From Hyphochytrium catenoides (Eukaryota > Protista > Hyphochytriomycota), in assembly GCA_900088475.1 (NCBI GenBank), contig FLMG01004277.1:1-64000 (forward strand): DNA of 64,000 bases, in the 5' to 3' direction. How positions within the stretch are numbered: position 1 is the stretch's first letter; each line of letters begins with the position of its first letter. Of this stretch, positions 52,501-64,000 are shown one piece after another. The notes beneath the pieces are model-generated. The model did no database searches and had not been told where the DNA came from. It saw nothing but the letters and a program-made list of their open reading frames with translations. Position numbers and translations under genes: made by a program.

Positions 52501-55500
52501 ATGATGTCTCTTGAGATAATGGTGTGATTATGTGCCTACCATCTTGGATGGTTTGGCATCAAGTCCTAACTCACTCCTTATGTCTCATATCAACCCTAGA
52601 CGACTGGCAGACGGTCCTGGCGTGTTGTCCTACCTACAAGTCCCATCGTTGAAGGCTCCCGGGTCAATTTCGGGAGGCGTCGCACTAGAGAAACCTTTAG
52701 AAAGGATTTCTGGTGAAATGTACATCAATGTATTTCTGGCTTCATCAGTTCCAGCCGGAACCTTCTTCTGTGTGGACTTCTGTGTGGACGAAACTTGTAG
52801 GAGGGAGCTTCTGACAGGTCAGTACTGAGCTCAAAGGAACGCTATTTAGAACGATGAAAGAAGATAATTGGGACGTTGCTTGGAGGAGGTGATGATACCG
52901 CCGTGACTAGTGGATACAAATGTGAACATGTTTACAGGGATCGATGTAGTAGCGGCATATTGTCTTGCTTTTGCTTCCGACGTGAGCACTGCGCTACGTA
53001 GCTGTTCTGAGGCGTATACTTCTAACCAATGCCGCGTTAAAACTTGTAGACCAACTCGCTTTCTCTTGGCGAAAGTCCAGTGAAACAAAGGGGTATGTGT
53101 CTGTTAGAGGGCAGACAACACCGAGCCTCCAGGCACCTACTGCGCGGCCTAATGAAACTTTTGGGTGCTGGACCGTTCCGGTTAATATTCCGGCCGCTCC
53201 ATTTTCTATGGTGACGTTTACGCTCACTAATGTGACCAACCCGAAGAGCTTAGGGCAGGATCCTCTCCGCACGAGTATCTTGAGGTCTATAGCCTTCAGT
53301 ATACAGGGCAACTCAATGGCGGTATGCATCTGCGTAGTCACAGTCTTTCTCTTTGCGTCGCTCTTTTTCTTCGTCTATACAGCCTTTGTAATCAACACTG
53401 ATAATATTTCTTATTGCAGCTGGAAGGTGCTTATCTGGCCGGGCCAGCTTTCCTGACGGTGCAGCCTATCTTTGCTGCAGGACCGAATACCGACAATGTT
53501 TATAACGTTGTATCGGTTATCCTTTACTGCCTAGCACTCGCCCTATGTATATTCATCGCAAGGGTCAATGGTATGTCTCGTCTTGGAACCTCCTTCTGTC
53601 GGACCTTTTCGCCAGTACTTTTCCCATTGTAAAAGTACTTTTTTGGCCTTTGAGGTGTGTGTATAGAGAGTTCTTTCAAATGTTAACCCTGGGCTTCGTT
53701 CACAGGCATATCATTCTCAACGAAGACGCTATGGACCGATCTGACATCCACATGCGTACTTATCCACTTTTGCATCCTGGTATGATGAACCCTGAATGGA
53801 ATAACAGCAGACACGCGTGTACATTGTCTCTCGCCTTCTCTGACTTCTCGCCCCCTCTAATTTCTCGCCCTGCTTCCATGAGGAGATGGAGCCCTACAGC
53901 GGTTCTCTACTCTTTCTGTGTTTCACATTTTTTTGAAGCCGTGGTTTTCTATGCTAAGAGGAGTGTGTCCGGATGGCTCTCATTCTTGGTTGTCTTGTCC
54001 TCCATTGGGCTCCTTTCAGGTGGCGAACAACGCTACCTGGATCCAGGTAGCTGGGTCGTACTACTATTACCTACAGGTTTTGGACTACTGCATCCAGTGG
54101 ACTATGCTACTCTCAGTCTGCTACCATTGGGCTAGCATTCTTACCCTTAGGCTGAGAAAAGTACCCACTCCTGTCCAGGTAACAATGGTTGTTCTCTTGC
54201 TTCTTGACTAGCTTAGGGATTCGAGGCTATCAAATCCCCGTCCTTCTATTTTTCTGGCGCTTGAAGGCTGACTCATCATCTTAGGCGGCAATCTTTGTGG
54301 TGCTCAACCTTGCTTTTTATGGCATTGCTATCTGGGCATTAGTCTCGACAAAGAACATTATCAACTGCGTGTACAATGAAGCCAAGCCTCTGTACTCCGA
54401 TCTTCAGCCATCTTATTGGAGAGATCTGTCTAATAGCTTGGTAAGTAATTTGCTAAGCCTTTATGCCTTCTCTAGACCATAATAGGTGCCGACCTGGCGA
54501 ACCCTTGCATTAGTGACATTTGATTTTACCTGGTCTAGTTACGTGCTTAGCTTGCACTTATGAGATCACACAGGGTTGATAAGACGGTCGAGTCTTCAAT
54601 CCTGTCATCCACAGCGTCGACGGTGCTGACTCTTTCTTTTCTCAGTCCTGTCAGCAATATCAGTCAAAAGGAAACTTCGCTCTGTACTACCATTTTAGCC
54701 TAACAGTGATCTTTGCGGTGAATACGCTAATCCTGAGCGCTTTGGGCATAATGGTGATGCTAAGGGGAAGAAGACTCTTGAAAAAGGTATGGACTCCAGA
54801 GACTAGGGAGTACACTGAGTTTATTGGGAGTCTGACGGTGCTGCTTGTTCAACGTCTTCGTCCTACAGGATCGTCAAAAGGAAGGAATGAACACAAATGA
54901 GAGGAAGCACGACGTTATCAAACAAGCCATTACTCGCTGGGTTCTTGTTATCTTCGTTGTTACCTCTATTTACCTCGTCTCTTGGGTGCTGGACATCTAT
55001 AACTTTGCAAAAAATAACAACGCCTTGATGGAGTACACAGTATGGTATGTCTTCGTCATCTGGCTGCCAAACGTGATACCGGCATGTGCTTTCGTGTTCC
55101 TCCAGGTAAGCGGCTCCATATACTCCCATGTACCTCCTCGGTCTCACCGTCCAGGTTCCTCCCTATTACGGTATGACCTCACCCTGCCGCCAATCTAATG
55201 TATTTACCTCTTCTCCATAGTCGGACAGCGGTGTACGCGACCTCTCGCAGCCCATAAAACGGCCGGAGCGTTACTCAGTACCTCAGAATGGCAACCCTTA
55301 CCTATCGGACGACATGGACTTGGATAAGGAGACACTGACCGATCTAGCCAGTGGCAATGATGCGAGCAGCAGGAGTATCAAGGCGCAGACTTCTTTCAAG
55401 TCGGGCAATTCCGGTAATACATTTTCATAATCATACCTTGCCCAGTCATTCGTATAGTAATGACTAACCTTACGTGCCAGAGATACTATCTGTTCTCCAG

Positions 55501-58500
55501 ATGCACATTACTATATCAGCTAGCATCTCTCTCTTTCTCGCCATGTTCATCGAGCCCGGCGTGGCGAGGGTTTCTGATTCTGTTATTTAGCTGTAGGGCT
55601 GTTCTTGTCCGTAAACGCCCTTCACTTATCTTTTCACTAACATGCACCTCTATGTCGTAGTACTAAGCCTGGCAGTGCATCTGCGAATGTGCCCAAAGAA
55701 AGAGATGCTGACGCCTGGAGCGAAGTATAGGATCACTGCTTACGCGACTGACGTTTCTGCAATGACGGTAAGACCATGCGGGGTGAGATGTGACGGAAAT
55801 GGGAAAGCCGACTGTGGAGCAAGAGGAAAAGGTTTCTTTGGAAGAACTATGAAGTTCGGGAAAGAAAGTCGAGTGTGTTGTTTCTTACTGCATTGGGTCA
55901 CATCGTGTGTGTTCACTGCCGTACAGATGAACGCGGCCCCTGTAGGAAACCCTCTAGAAGGGCTTCTGAGCCGCCAGGACAAGGATAAAGGGGGGCTGAC
56001 CCGTTCTTGGCATAAGATCTCGTCCACAGAAGCCTCGTATGCCACACCTGTTGATTTTTCTGACTCTTCCCAGCATACTGAAGTGGCTGATGAGGTAAAA
56101 AGCCAAATTGAGCCCTTCTGTCTAGAGCACATCGTCATCCTTTCCTAACATCTGGATATATTTGCTCTTAAACTCATGGATATGCCCTGCTCTCTCATGG
56201 ATGCGCTTTCGCCACCCAGACGGAGATTTCTTTCATTGTCACACTTAGAATCCCAACCAGCATCCGCAACCCCGAGCAGAGCATCCGCTTTGTTGTCTAT
56301 GAGGTAGGAAAAAATTGACCCTGGTGCCTAGCGTTTGCTGCTCTTAGCGGTTTGCAAAGTTTCGATAAAATGCATTCCTTAGGACTTTTCTTCACTGTGC
56401 CTTTGACAGGAATGCCTAGAGGCTCAGCTTAATGAAAAATCCTTTTCAACCTCGTCGTCCCGTTCCACGTTGGTGCGAGAGGGACCCAGCAGGAGATCCA
56501 TCACGGACCGTCCTTCTCTGTCTATTACCAGGCCTAGAAGCTCTTCAGCACCCTCTACCTCGGAGCTCTACGGCGGCACGAAAAAATGCCTGTTTGAGTT
56601 TCAAGCCACCTGCAAAGAGCTGCTAGATGGCATTGACTTTTCTGGTACCTGCCAGTCAATATTTCCTATCTTGCCTTATCCACCTCTTTTGAGTACAGGG
56701 CTCCATCTGAATGGTACATGTTATGTCTCGCTGTTTATCTTACTTGTTTTTTCCTGCCAGGCTCTCTGCAGCTCGTAAATATCTCTAACCGCAAAGAGAC
56801 GTCTGTCCGCTCTACATGGACTCAGTATATGAGTGGCAGAGGACTCCTTTTTCAGAGAGCGCCTTCTCTCAGCTCAGCGGAGTTGACTCTATCTCTTGTT
56901 CACTCAGAGGACCCTGACATAGGAGGTACGTATCCAAGAGAAAGAATCGCTTTCCTAGGCTGGCTGCTTTTAGGGTGGTGGCTCAAAATATCCTTCATCA
57001 GCCTGCTACCTGTCATATCGGCCCCAGCCTTTCCATTCGCAACGCTTATCTTTCGCTGACTTTTGCCTCTGTTGCCATATTTAGTTGACAAGCAGGAGCC
57101 GACGATAGTCAGAAGCTTTGTCCTACCTTCTCATTCCCCTGCGCCAGAGGTGATAGAAATGTTCGAGACCTCCCTTTATACCAATGAAGTGCCCAGACAA
57201 ATGATTGTTCTCCTAATGAAAAAGAGAGGCGAAGCTGTGGAAAGGTTCGCAATGCTCTTGTGCCTCTAACCTCTATATCTCCTTCAATTTGGCCACAAGG
57301 CATAAGGATCATTGTTAGCTCGCCAGCAGGCTAATCTATATACTCCGTTCCTGCTTGATGGGTCCGCTGTCCCGACTTTCGAGCTCGATAGTTTCACGTC
57401 TCTCACTCTTTGTGACTGTGGATGGCCGTAGCCGATAACCCTTTTCGCAATAGTTTGTTGATGATAAGAAGCTAACTGCTTTACATAGTGCGGCAAGAGA
57501 TTTGAAGCTCTTTTATGAAACTGAGTCCACAGCAGAAGGAGAGGGAGCAGGTCGCTCTTCAGACTCATTCAAGGTCTCAAGGAGAGTTAGTCAGCCGTTG
57601 ATCACTCGGGAGTGGCTGGAACAGGTATGTACCGCTAAACGAATGATGACATAGGAATGAGGAATTACACGTGACACTTATGCGGAGATAGAGAAACCAC
57701 CAGACGCCTAGTCTGATAGTTCAACGAGAGGTGTTGATTCTGGGATTAAAAACAAGTAGTAGACACACGCTGACATGTACACTTTAGCGTGTGAACCGCC
57801 GCCGCGAGTACCTGGCTTCTCTCAAGGAGAGCATGAAGGCTTGTTCAGAAAGAGAACGATTGGGGCGTTTGCTTAAACCTCTACAGGACAGGAAGGTGCC
57901 AGAGCTACGGTTTATCCCTACAAATTTACACGTCCATGTAAGCATCTCTGGTGGATCTCTACTATCTTGTCATATTCCTAACAACAGATCGTCCGTGAAT
58001 GCTTTATCCTTCGTGTTCCTCTCTGCAGCGCCTTCTAGTACACCGAAAAGGTGCTGCCGTTGCTGCTCCTTTGGCTCTACGAACTCTCTTAGAGCCCCAC
58101 CAGCGTGCTATTTATGACTACGGGACCATTACAGTTGGGGCTTTTGCCGCTGCCTCGATGAAGTTTAAGAAAGGAGGTAATTTTTATGCCTTACTACTTC
58201 TTATTAGGTTGGAGCTGACGTGTCTCCTGACAGGAGTACTATCATACCGAGATCGCATTAGGCGCTTGCGGCAGAAGATGGTGAGAAGAGAATCCGTCAC
58301 AGAGAGAACAACCGAGGGAAGGGCTTCTGATATACGCGCATCTCTTCTCGGCGACAATTCTGAGGTTTGTGACACAGCTTTTTATTACGCGCAGAAGTCA
58401 CTATAGCTGGCGTTTGGCTTGAGATTTCTGCGAAACTCTCCTTCCTTCTGATTGTGAGTTTTTTCCCCCTAATTACCGGCATCTAACAATCTTACCGTTA

Positions 58501-60317
58501 CCTAGTCAAGGTCGTCAACTGTGGAACGGAAAGTCTGGACAGACGACGCGATGCGGATGGATGACTTAGAATGGGATATGGCGGTAGGTTTGCTGTTCCG
58601 TTTTCCTCTAAAACCTATCAGAGCGGCTCGGTTAATACTGTCTGCACCTATTTCTCTTCATCACTTCTAGTGGCTCTCTATGTAACTCTTCCTTTCCCTG
58701 CTTCTTTCCAAGGAAACTTCCCGTGTCCGGTGTAGCTTGCCTACATTGATTCATTCTGATGCCTGACCTTTTCAATCTCGACAGTGCCGATTGGATGTTT
58801 GCTTAACCCAGGCGATGACGGCCTTGGTAACGGCATTTACTCACAGCATCCGGGTGGCCTTGACCAGTACCGATATCAATAAGGGGAAACAGTACCTTGA
58901 GATCATCATGAAGCTAGGATATCTGTTTCAGGTGCCTCTGTGCCCAGACGTGTACCGCCGCTCACTTTGTCATGGGTGATAGCTTTCTCTAGTTGGTCCT
59001 GTAATGTGGATGATGCGCATAGAGCAACCGATCCCTTGTAACGTCTTGCCGTCTCGCCACTTTTCCGATTTTTCCTCTTTTGCTTGCTACTAGTAGATGT
59101 CGGCCTTAAAGTCTATCCATCTTGCGCCAACTTAGTAACCACCCCTTTCTGCTTTATTCTAGGTCGAATCACTACTTTCCACGGATGGCAAGGAGCTTGG
59201 CATGCTGCAGGACGTCGCTGCTGCCGTTGCGAAACTACAGAGCGTAAAGTTCATGTTAGAGGACATCGGAGACATTGTTCCAAGAGACAGGAGAGGTCCA
59301 GGGGTCGTTGGAGTGAGCCTGCAGCCAGGGAATGACGACAGGGAGGATTCGTACCTAGTAAGAGTGCAGATAAGGTGCCACTCAGATGCTCTGCCGGAAG
59401 ACTTGAGGTGAGAAGAAGCGTCATTAGCTGGTCATCCTAAGTCCCCCCTGCTCTTGGCAGCACTCGCCTCTGCCGAATCTTGCTTCAAGAGTCCTTCCTT
59501 CTCTGGCCTGAACGCAAGACAATTGACTCGCCCTTCTTTCTTCTCATCCGCTGGATTGTAGGAATGGTCGTTTGGTTTCAGTCGTCGCTCTGCTGTTCAC
59601 ACAGAACCTCTATCCAAAGCCCAATCCCGTCAAATCTTCAGCTCCAACTAAAAGGACACGCCTGGAGGAGCTCATCAACGTGAACAACGCAAATGTGTTG
59701 GCAGAGTACTGTTCAGGGTATCAGAAGATACTTCCGACGGCTGCCTCTCTTTTACCTAGAGTGCAGAGATTGAAGGCTGCCATTGACGAGGCTGCCGCTG
59801 TGGCAGATGCGCAAGTGCCTGTTCTACCACTTGCCGCTGATATCTGTCGAGAGATGAACGCCGGCAGGGTAACGATGTGCAAATCTGCAAAGGACAAAAC
59901 GTACTTGAGTAGTACATTTGAAGAAGTAAGCCTTTTGCTGTCTTTCCTTCTGCTTCGTCCACTAGTTCTTCATCACTTAGTTTATCAAGACTTGTCCGCC
60001 TACCTGTTGGAATCAAATCCTGATTTATTTTACATATGGTGTTTGCTATGGGCTACGGAAGTAACGCTGTTGCCATGTCTCGCTTATTCTTATGATAGGC
60101 ACGGATTCTTCGGGAACACCACAGCTTGGAGGAGAAAGACTTTGCTAATGTCCTGTTGGTGTTACGGTATCATGGCGTCTGTCTTCAGCAGCTGGTACGC
60201 CAGTCGGGCCGTACTCCTATCACGTTTATGGAGAACGAGGACGATGCCCCTCGGTGGCCATCATTTGACGAAGCAGAGGATGGCAAGCGAGCCCTGGGGC
60301 CTTATGAATATCTATGA
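49595..60317 (+). CDS. Large multi-exon receptor: signal peptide, Cys-rich repeats, beta-sandwich ectodomain, 7TM, C2-like region and inositol polyphosphate 4-phosphatase (INPP4)-like domain (GPCR-INPP type)
   Basis: Signal MYAAVWLAVLGLPCLL. Cys-rich exons span 49.6-51.8 kb. Seven hydrophobic segments lie at 53.5-55.1 kb. INPP4 hallmarks: LRFIPTNLHVH, TITVGAFAA, RLDVCLTQAMTALV, GYLFQVESLLSTDGKELGML, GRVTMCKSAKDKT. Stop at 60317. Continuity as one transcript is inferred. Confidence 0.78.
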
Positions 60318-60565
60318 CCGTGCTTTAGGCAGCAGAAGTGATTCTTACGTCCCCGTCTCTACGGCTATAATCAATGAATATTTATTCGCGGGCCGAAGTT
60401 CCCTCTTCTACTTCTACGTGGCCTCCGAGTTTCACTTGATGTCGTGAAGGGTGAGTTAGCAGCAGGAGTCAGTGCCCTGGCCCTGTTCTCAACACTCATA
60501 CGCAGTTCCTCAGGTGGAGGACCAAGGGAGGTCTGAAAGCATGTCTCAGTTTAAGCTTTATTAGG

Positions 60566-63500
60566 TTACATCTTGGCCTTACAGCTGCTGCAATACCAGT
60601 CATCTTCAGGGACTTTTTTCAAACCCACACAGTTCTAGAGTGGGACCGGCAAAAATAGAGAGAGGAAACCCAGAGCAGTGAAGAGGCAAACGTTAGAAGG
60701 GATGTAGCTCCGCGACAAGAGAGTAGACGACTACGCAGTCAAGCAGAAGATGTAGAGGCTGATTGACTATCTAGTCGATGGTGGCCAAGGAAGGGAGTAA
60801 GACCATGCTATACGGAGAACGGAACGATAGAAGCTTAGAGTAGCATTAGGTGCCATATAACGTGAAGAGAGCGCCAACAAAAGCTGGAGAGAGTTCTCTT
60901 TCGTACCAAATGGAAGACGCGGTCGCAGCCTTTGCTACCATCCTCAGAGCCACAAATGACATGCGAATCCAATCGAAGCTTCCCTTTCTTGCAGGCGCCA
61001 CATGTCTGGGACTCACATTCCGTGCAGAACCATTCCGCTTGCGGCGTTTTCTAGCATAAATTTGGAGCAACTGTGAGCTAGACGCCGCAAAACATGCAAG
61101 CAAAACGGTAGATAGCGTTCCACCAGACACCCAGATGGGCTGAGTTCTAATAGACAGTATGTCCTTGGAAGGACACATCCGCGAAAGGCAGAGGATGAAG
61201 CCGTGACCATCCGAAACATTTACCTTGAGTCCAAGGCACTGCAAATGGAACGAATGCGGACAGCCATCACAGCAGAGAAGCTTGCCCTCCTTCTTGCATA
61301 TGAAACACTCTGTATCCCAGCCATCCGGGGACTCTTCCGCTTTCTCCTCCTCCTTCTTCTTTGATTTGTCCTTCTTCCCCGACGAGGAGTCCTTTCGGGG
61401 ATTTGGGGGAGGAGTCTTTGTTGTGACTGAGCCACGAGAAGATCTTCGTCCTCCTTCTGTGTCTCTAGGCTGCTTGCCCTTGCAGCTTGGGCAGAAGGTC
61501 TTCCCCCGAGGAGTCCGAGTAAGACCCACGCAGGCGAGATGAAAGACCTTTGTGCACCCATCGCTGAACATTTTTCACGGTACCCACGGCAGAGCGGAGT
61601 CAGTGCACTTTCGACAACAAGGACCATGAGGGGCACTCATGAGACTGCGTAAGTCCGAAGAGGTGGCAAGAGAAAAGTAGGTGACGTCACAGATGAAGGC
61701 TCAGGCCGACCAAGGAGATTGCCAGGGGTAGGGGAGCTGAATCTACTTTAGAGGCCAGAACTAGTGTGCGAAATCATACCAGCATATGAGGTCACCGCCT
61801 TCTTTGCAGACGCAGCAGTTCTCTTCCCAGGTGTCTTCATCTTCTCCGGACTCTTCATCCTGTACTACTTCTTCTTCCTCCTCTTCCTCTTCTATAACCA
61901 ACTCCTTTGCCTTCGCCTTCGCAGACCTAGAGGGACGTTCTGGAGCTAGCCAAACAGATAGTTGATAAGTGGTTGGCCAAGAAATAAAATATAACATGAT
62001 CCACAATCACAGAAGTACATAAGGCTAGGGGACAGGCGATTCTCGCTGATGCGACTGTCCCGCTTAGCTACTTACTTTTTTCCTGAACTGCAGGAGGAGA
62101 GCTATGTTTGTCCATTGCCAGCACTAGGCGAAGTAATGTGCGGGCGGCACTTCCGATGGCGGCAAGGGTCATTGCCTCTTTTACGGACTAGTGGGCGGTG
62201 GGGTTAGACGAAGGATGTAGGTTCAATAGAATGTGCGGCCACGAGATAGATGAAAAGAGTAGTAGAGATCTCACTGACTGCGACATCGCGTCACCACTCG
62301 CCTAGGTCCCAAGTCTTACATTAATCCAAAGATTGCGCTTGCTCTTTGTGGTCCAGATGGATATGGGTTGGAGGTTTTCGTCCTCATCGTCTTCCTCTTC
62401 TTCTTCTTCCTCTTCATCTTCGTCAGTCTTCCCTTCTCCTCTGTTCCCTTCTTTCTTCACCGAGTTGGTCACCTGCCGTCGCGAAGATGTAAATGAACTT
62501 GTGTGAGAAAGATGGACTCTTGAGGACTAATCACCTCCGCCTTCCTACCTTATCGTCGCTTTTTTCCGAGCCCTGCGGGCTCTCATCAGACGACTCCCCT
62601 TGGCCTGGATGAAAGGCTCCAGTAATGGCAGCCTCGATGTCTAGTAAGACCTGCCTTAGGTGCTCCTCATTCCCATCGCTCGAAAGGAGAGCCAACTGTG
62701 AAGACACAAATACGGCCAAAGTCAGGGAAGTCAGTTCCGCTTTACTTCATAGTCCTTTATAAAAACAAGGGTATGAAAGCCACTTGGCAACGTATTTTAA
62801 CAGAGCCATCAGACACAAAGGAAAGTCTCATTCTTTCGAAGCAGCCTCCCGCTCTGCCATGGCGATGAGGAGTAGTACTTTCTACGCACCGCTGTGGCCC
62901 GACGAGGATGATCTTTATAATCACTGCCATACTTGGTCATAATGTTAAGGACATCGCCCTCTGTCTTCTCTAGCGCCGCCTTCACCTCCTTCACATCAAA
63001 CTCAATCTTCGTGTCGCGCTTGACGACTCGACCTTTGAACTTGTTTGTGTATGATAGAAAAGTGTCCTATAACACGATTAAATTTTCAGAGGAAAACTAG
63101 GCGCTCGTGTAAAGGTAAGAAAAGCAAAAGGGAAAGCTCACCGGATCTGTAGAGTCAACATGAGGAGACAGAATTAGCTGATCATCCTCCGGTTTTGACT
63201 GCGCTTCGTTCACTTCCGTCTTCTGTCTTTTGGGCATCTAGTATGCCCAAGGTAGGGATTCATCTCAGACAGAGTTGATGTTTCGATATTGTATCCTTTT
63301 ACCTTTTGCAAGTTTGGCAGGGTATCTTCCAAAGCTCTCTTTAGATGGCGCTCCCGTATTCCCCTCTCGTCTAAAGCACGAATAAGCTCTTCTACGTCCT
63401 CCTAGAGCATACGACATCAGTCAGAGTCCGCCGAGAAAGCAAGGAGTCATTTTGTTATAGGCCCCTCAACTTCGATCAGAGATACATCCCATGCTGTACT

Positions 63501-64000
63501 TCTCTTCTCCATGCCTGTCACTCCTTACTTTATGGCAGAAGCAAGACCACTTGGACTGTAGCGTCTCCGGATCATTGTGCTTGAGGTTGTCTGCTGCATC
63601 CTTAGCAAAGTGCTCGGGCTCTTTCTTTACAGACGTGGGATGAAGCGCATCTCCTTTCTGATTCGATTTAGGCGTCCCTTCCGGGATAATCTCTTCCACA
63701 TAAAGCCTTGTCGGGTCAGCAGAGAAGAGCCATACATGCATGTCATCTTTATCGCTGCCCAGCATTTGCGTCCGTATAAAGTGGATGGACATCTCCCTTT
63801 CGAACGCCTATGACAAAAGACCATTAAGGCCTATTCCGCTGCGATAGCCAACGTCATAGAAAATGAATGAGTTACCTCTTCCCTCTTTCTCTTCTTCTCC
63901 TCTTCTTCAACTTCCTTCTCGAGTCTGGGAAGTGCATCTATGGCCTCCTGCAGCTCCTTTGCTCGGCCCACTTTGGAACCCCTAGTTGGGCCATCAAGAC
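60566..64000 (-). CDS. 3' part of a chromatin regulator with a WHIM/WSD-like motif and three PHD fingers (BAZ/DDT-PHD-like); 5' end lies outside the window
   Basis: MLGSDKDDMHVWLFSADPTRLYVEE. PHD fingers: CCVCKEGGDLIC..DGCTKVFHLAC..FCPSC, CFICKKEGKLLCCDGCPHSFHLQC..WFCTEC and CGACKK..CDRVFHLNC..WYCSSC. Stop at 60566. Confidence 0.85.

Noticed and set aside
59926-60447. Hydrophobic tail of ORF 59572..60447 suggesting extra TM helices
   Set aside because: An intron begins after STFEE (GTAAGC). The true frame resumes as ARILREHH and ends at 60317.

Overview
This is eukaryotic nuclear DNA from a draft assembly, with three N gaps and several (GA/CT)n microsatellites. The genome is compact and intron-dense, with GT-AG introns and short exons. 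The gene content (7TM-INPP4 fusion, GN[T/S]D-type sphingomyelinase-like enzymes, plant-like TRAF zinc-finger protein) suggests a stramenopile, possibly oomycete-related; this is inference only. Spliced host genes: mitochondrial acetylornithine aminotransferase, two membrane-anchored acid sphingomyelinase-like phosphodiesterases, a TRAF-type zinc-finger protein, a TPR plus tandem cNMP-binding protein, a peroxisomal carrier (PMP34-like), LYRM7/MZM1, an ~11-kb receptor gene, and the 3' part of a triple-PHD chromatin protein. Two intron-free accessory zones stand out. The first (1-4.4 kb) holds mobile-element-like debris and a frameshifted beta-trefoil plus aerolysin-like ORF pair. The second (24.7-40.7 kb) holds three secreted S8 subtilisins, a bacterial-type erythromycin-esterase-family gene and a perfect 37-bp hairpin. 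The best candidate for a novel system is the receptor: signal peptide, Cys-rich and beta-sandwich ectodomain, 7TM, C2-like region and an INPP4-family domain whose CX5R motif reads CX5K. All exon structures were assembled by eye, so boundaries are approximate.
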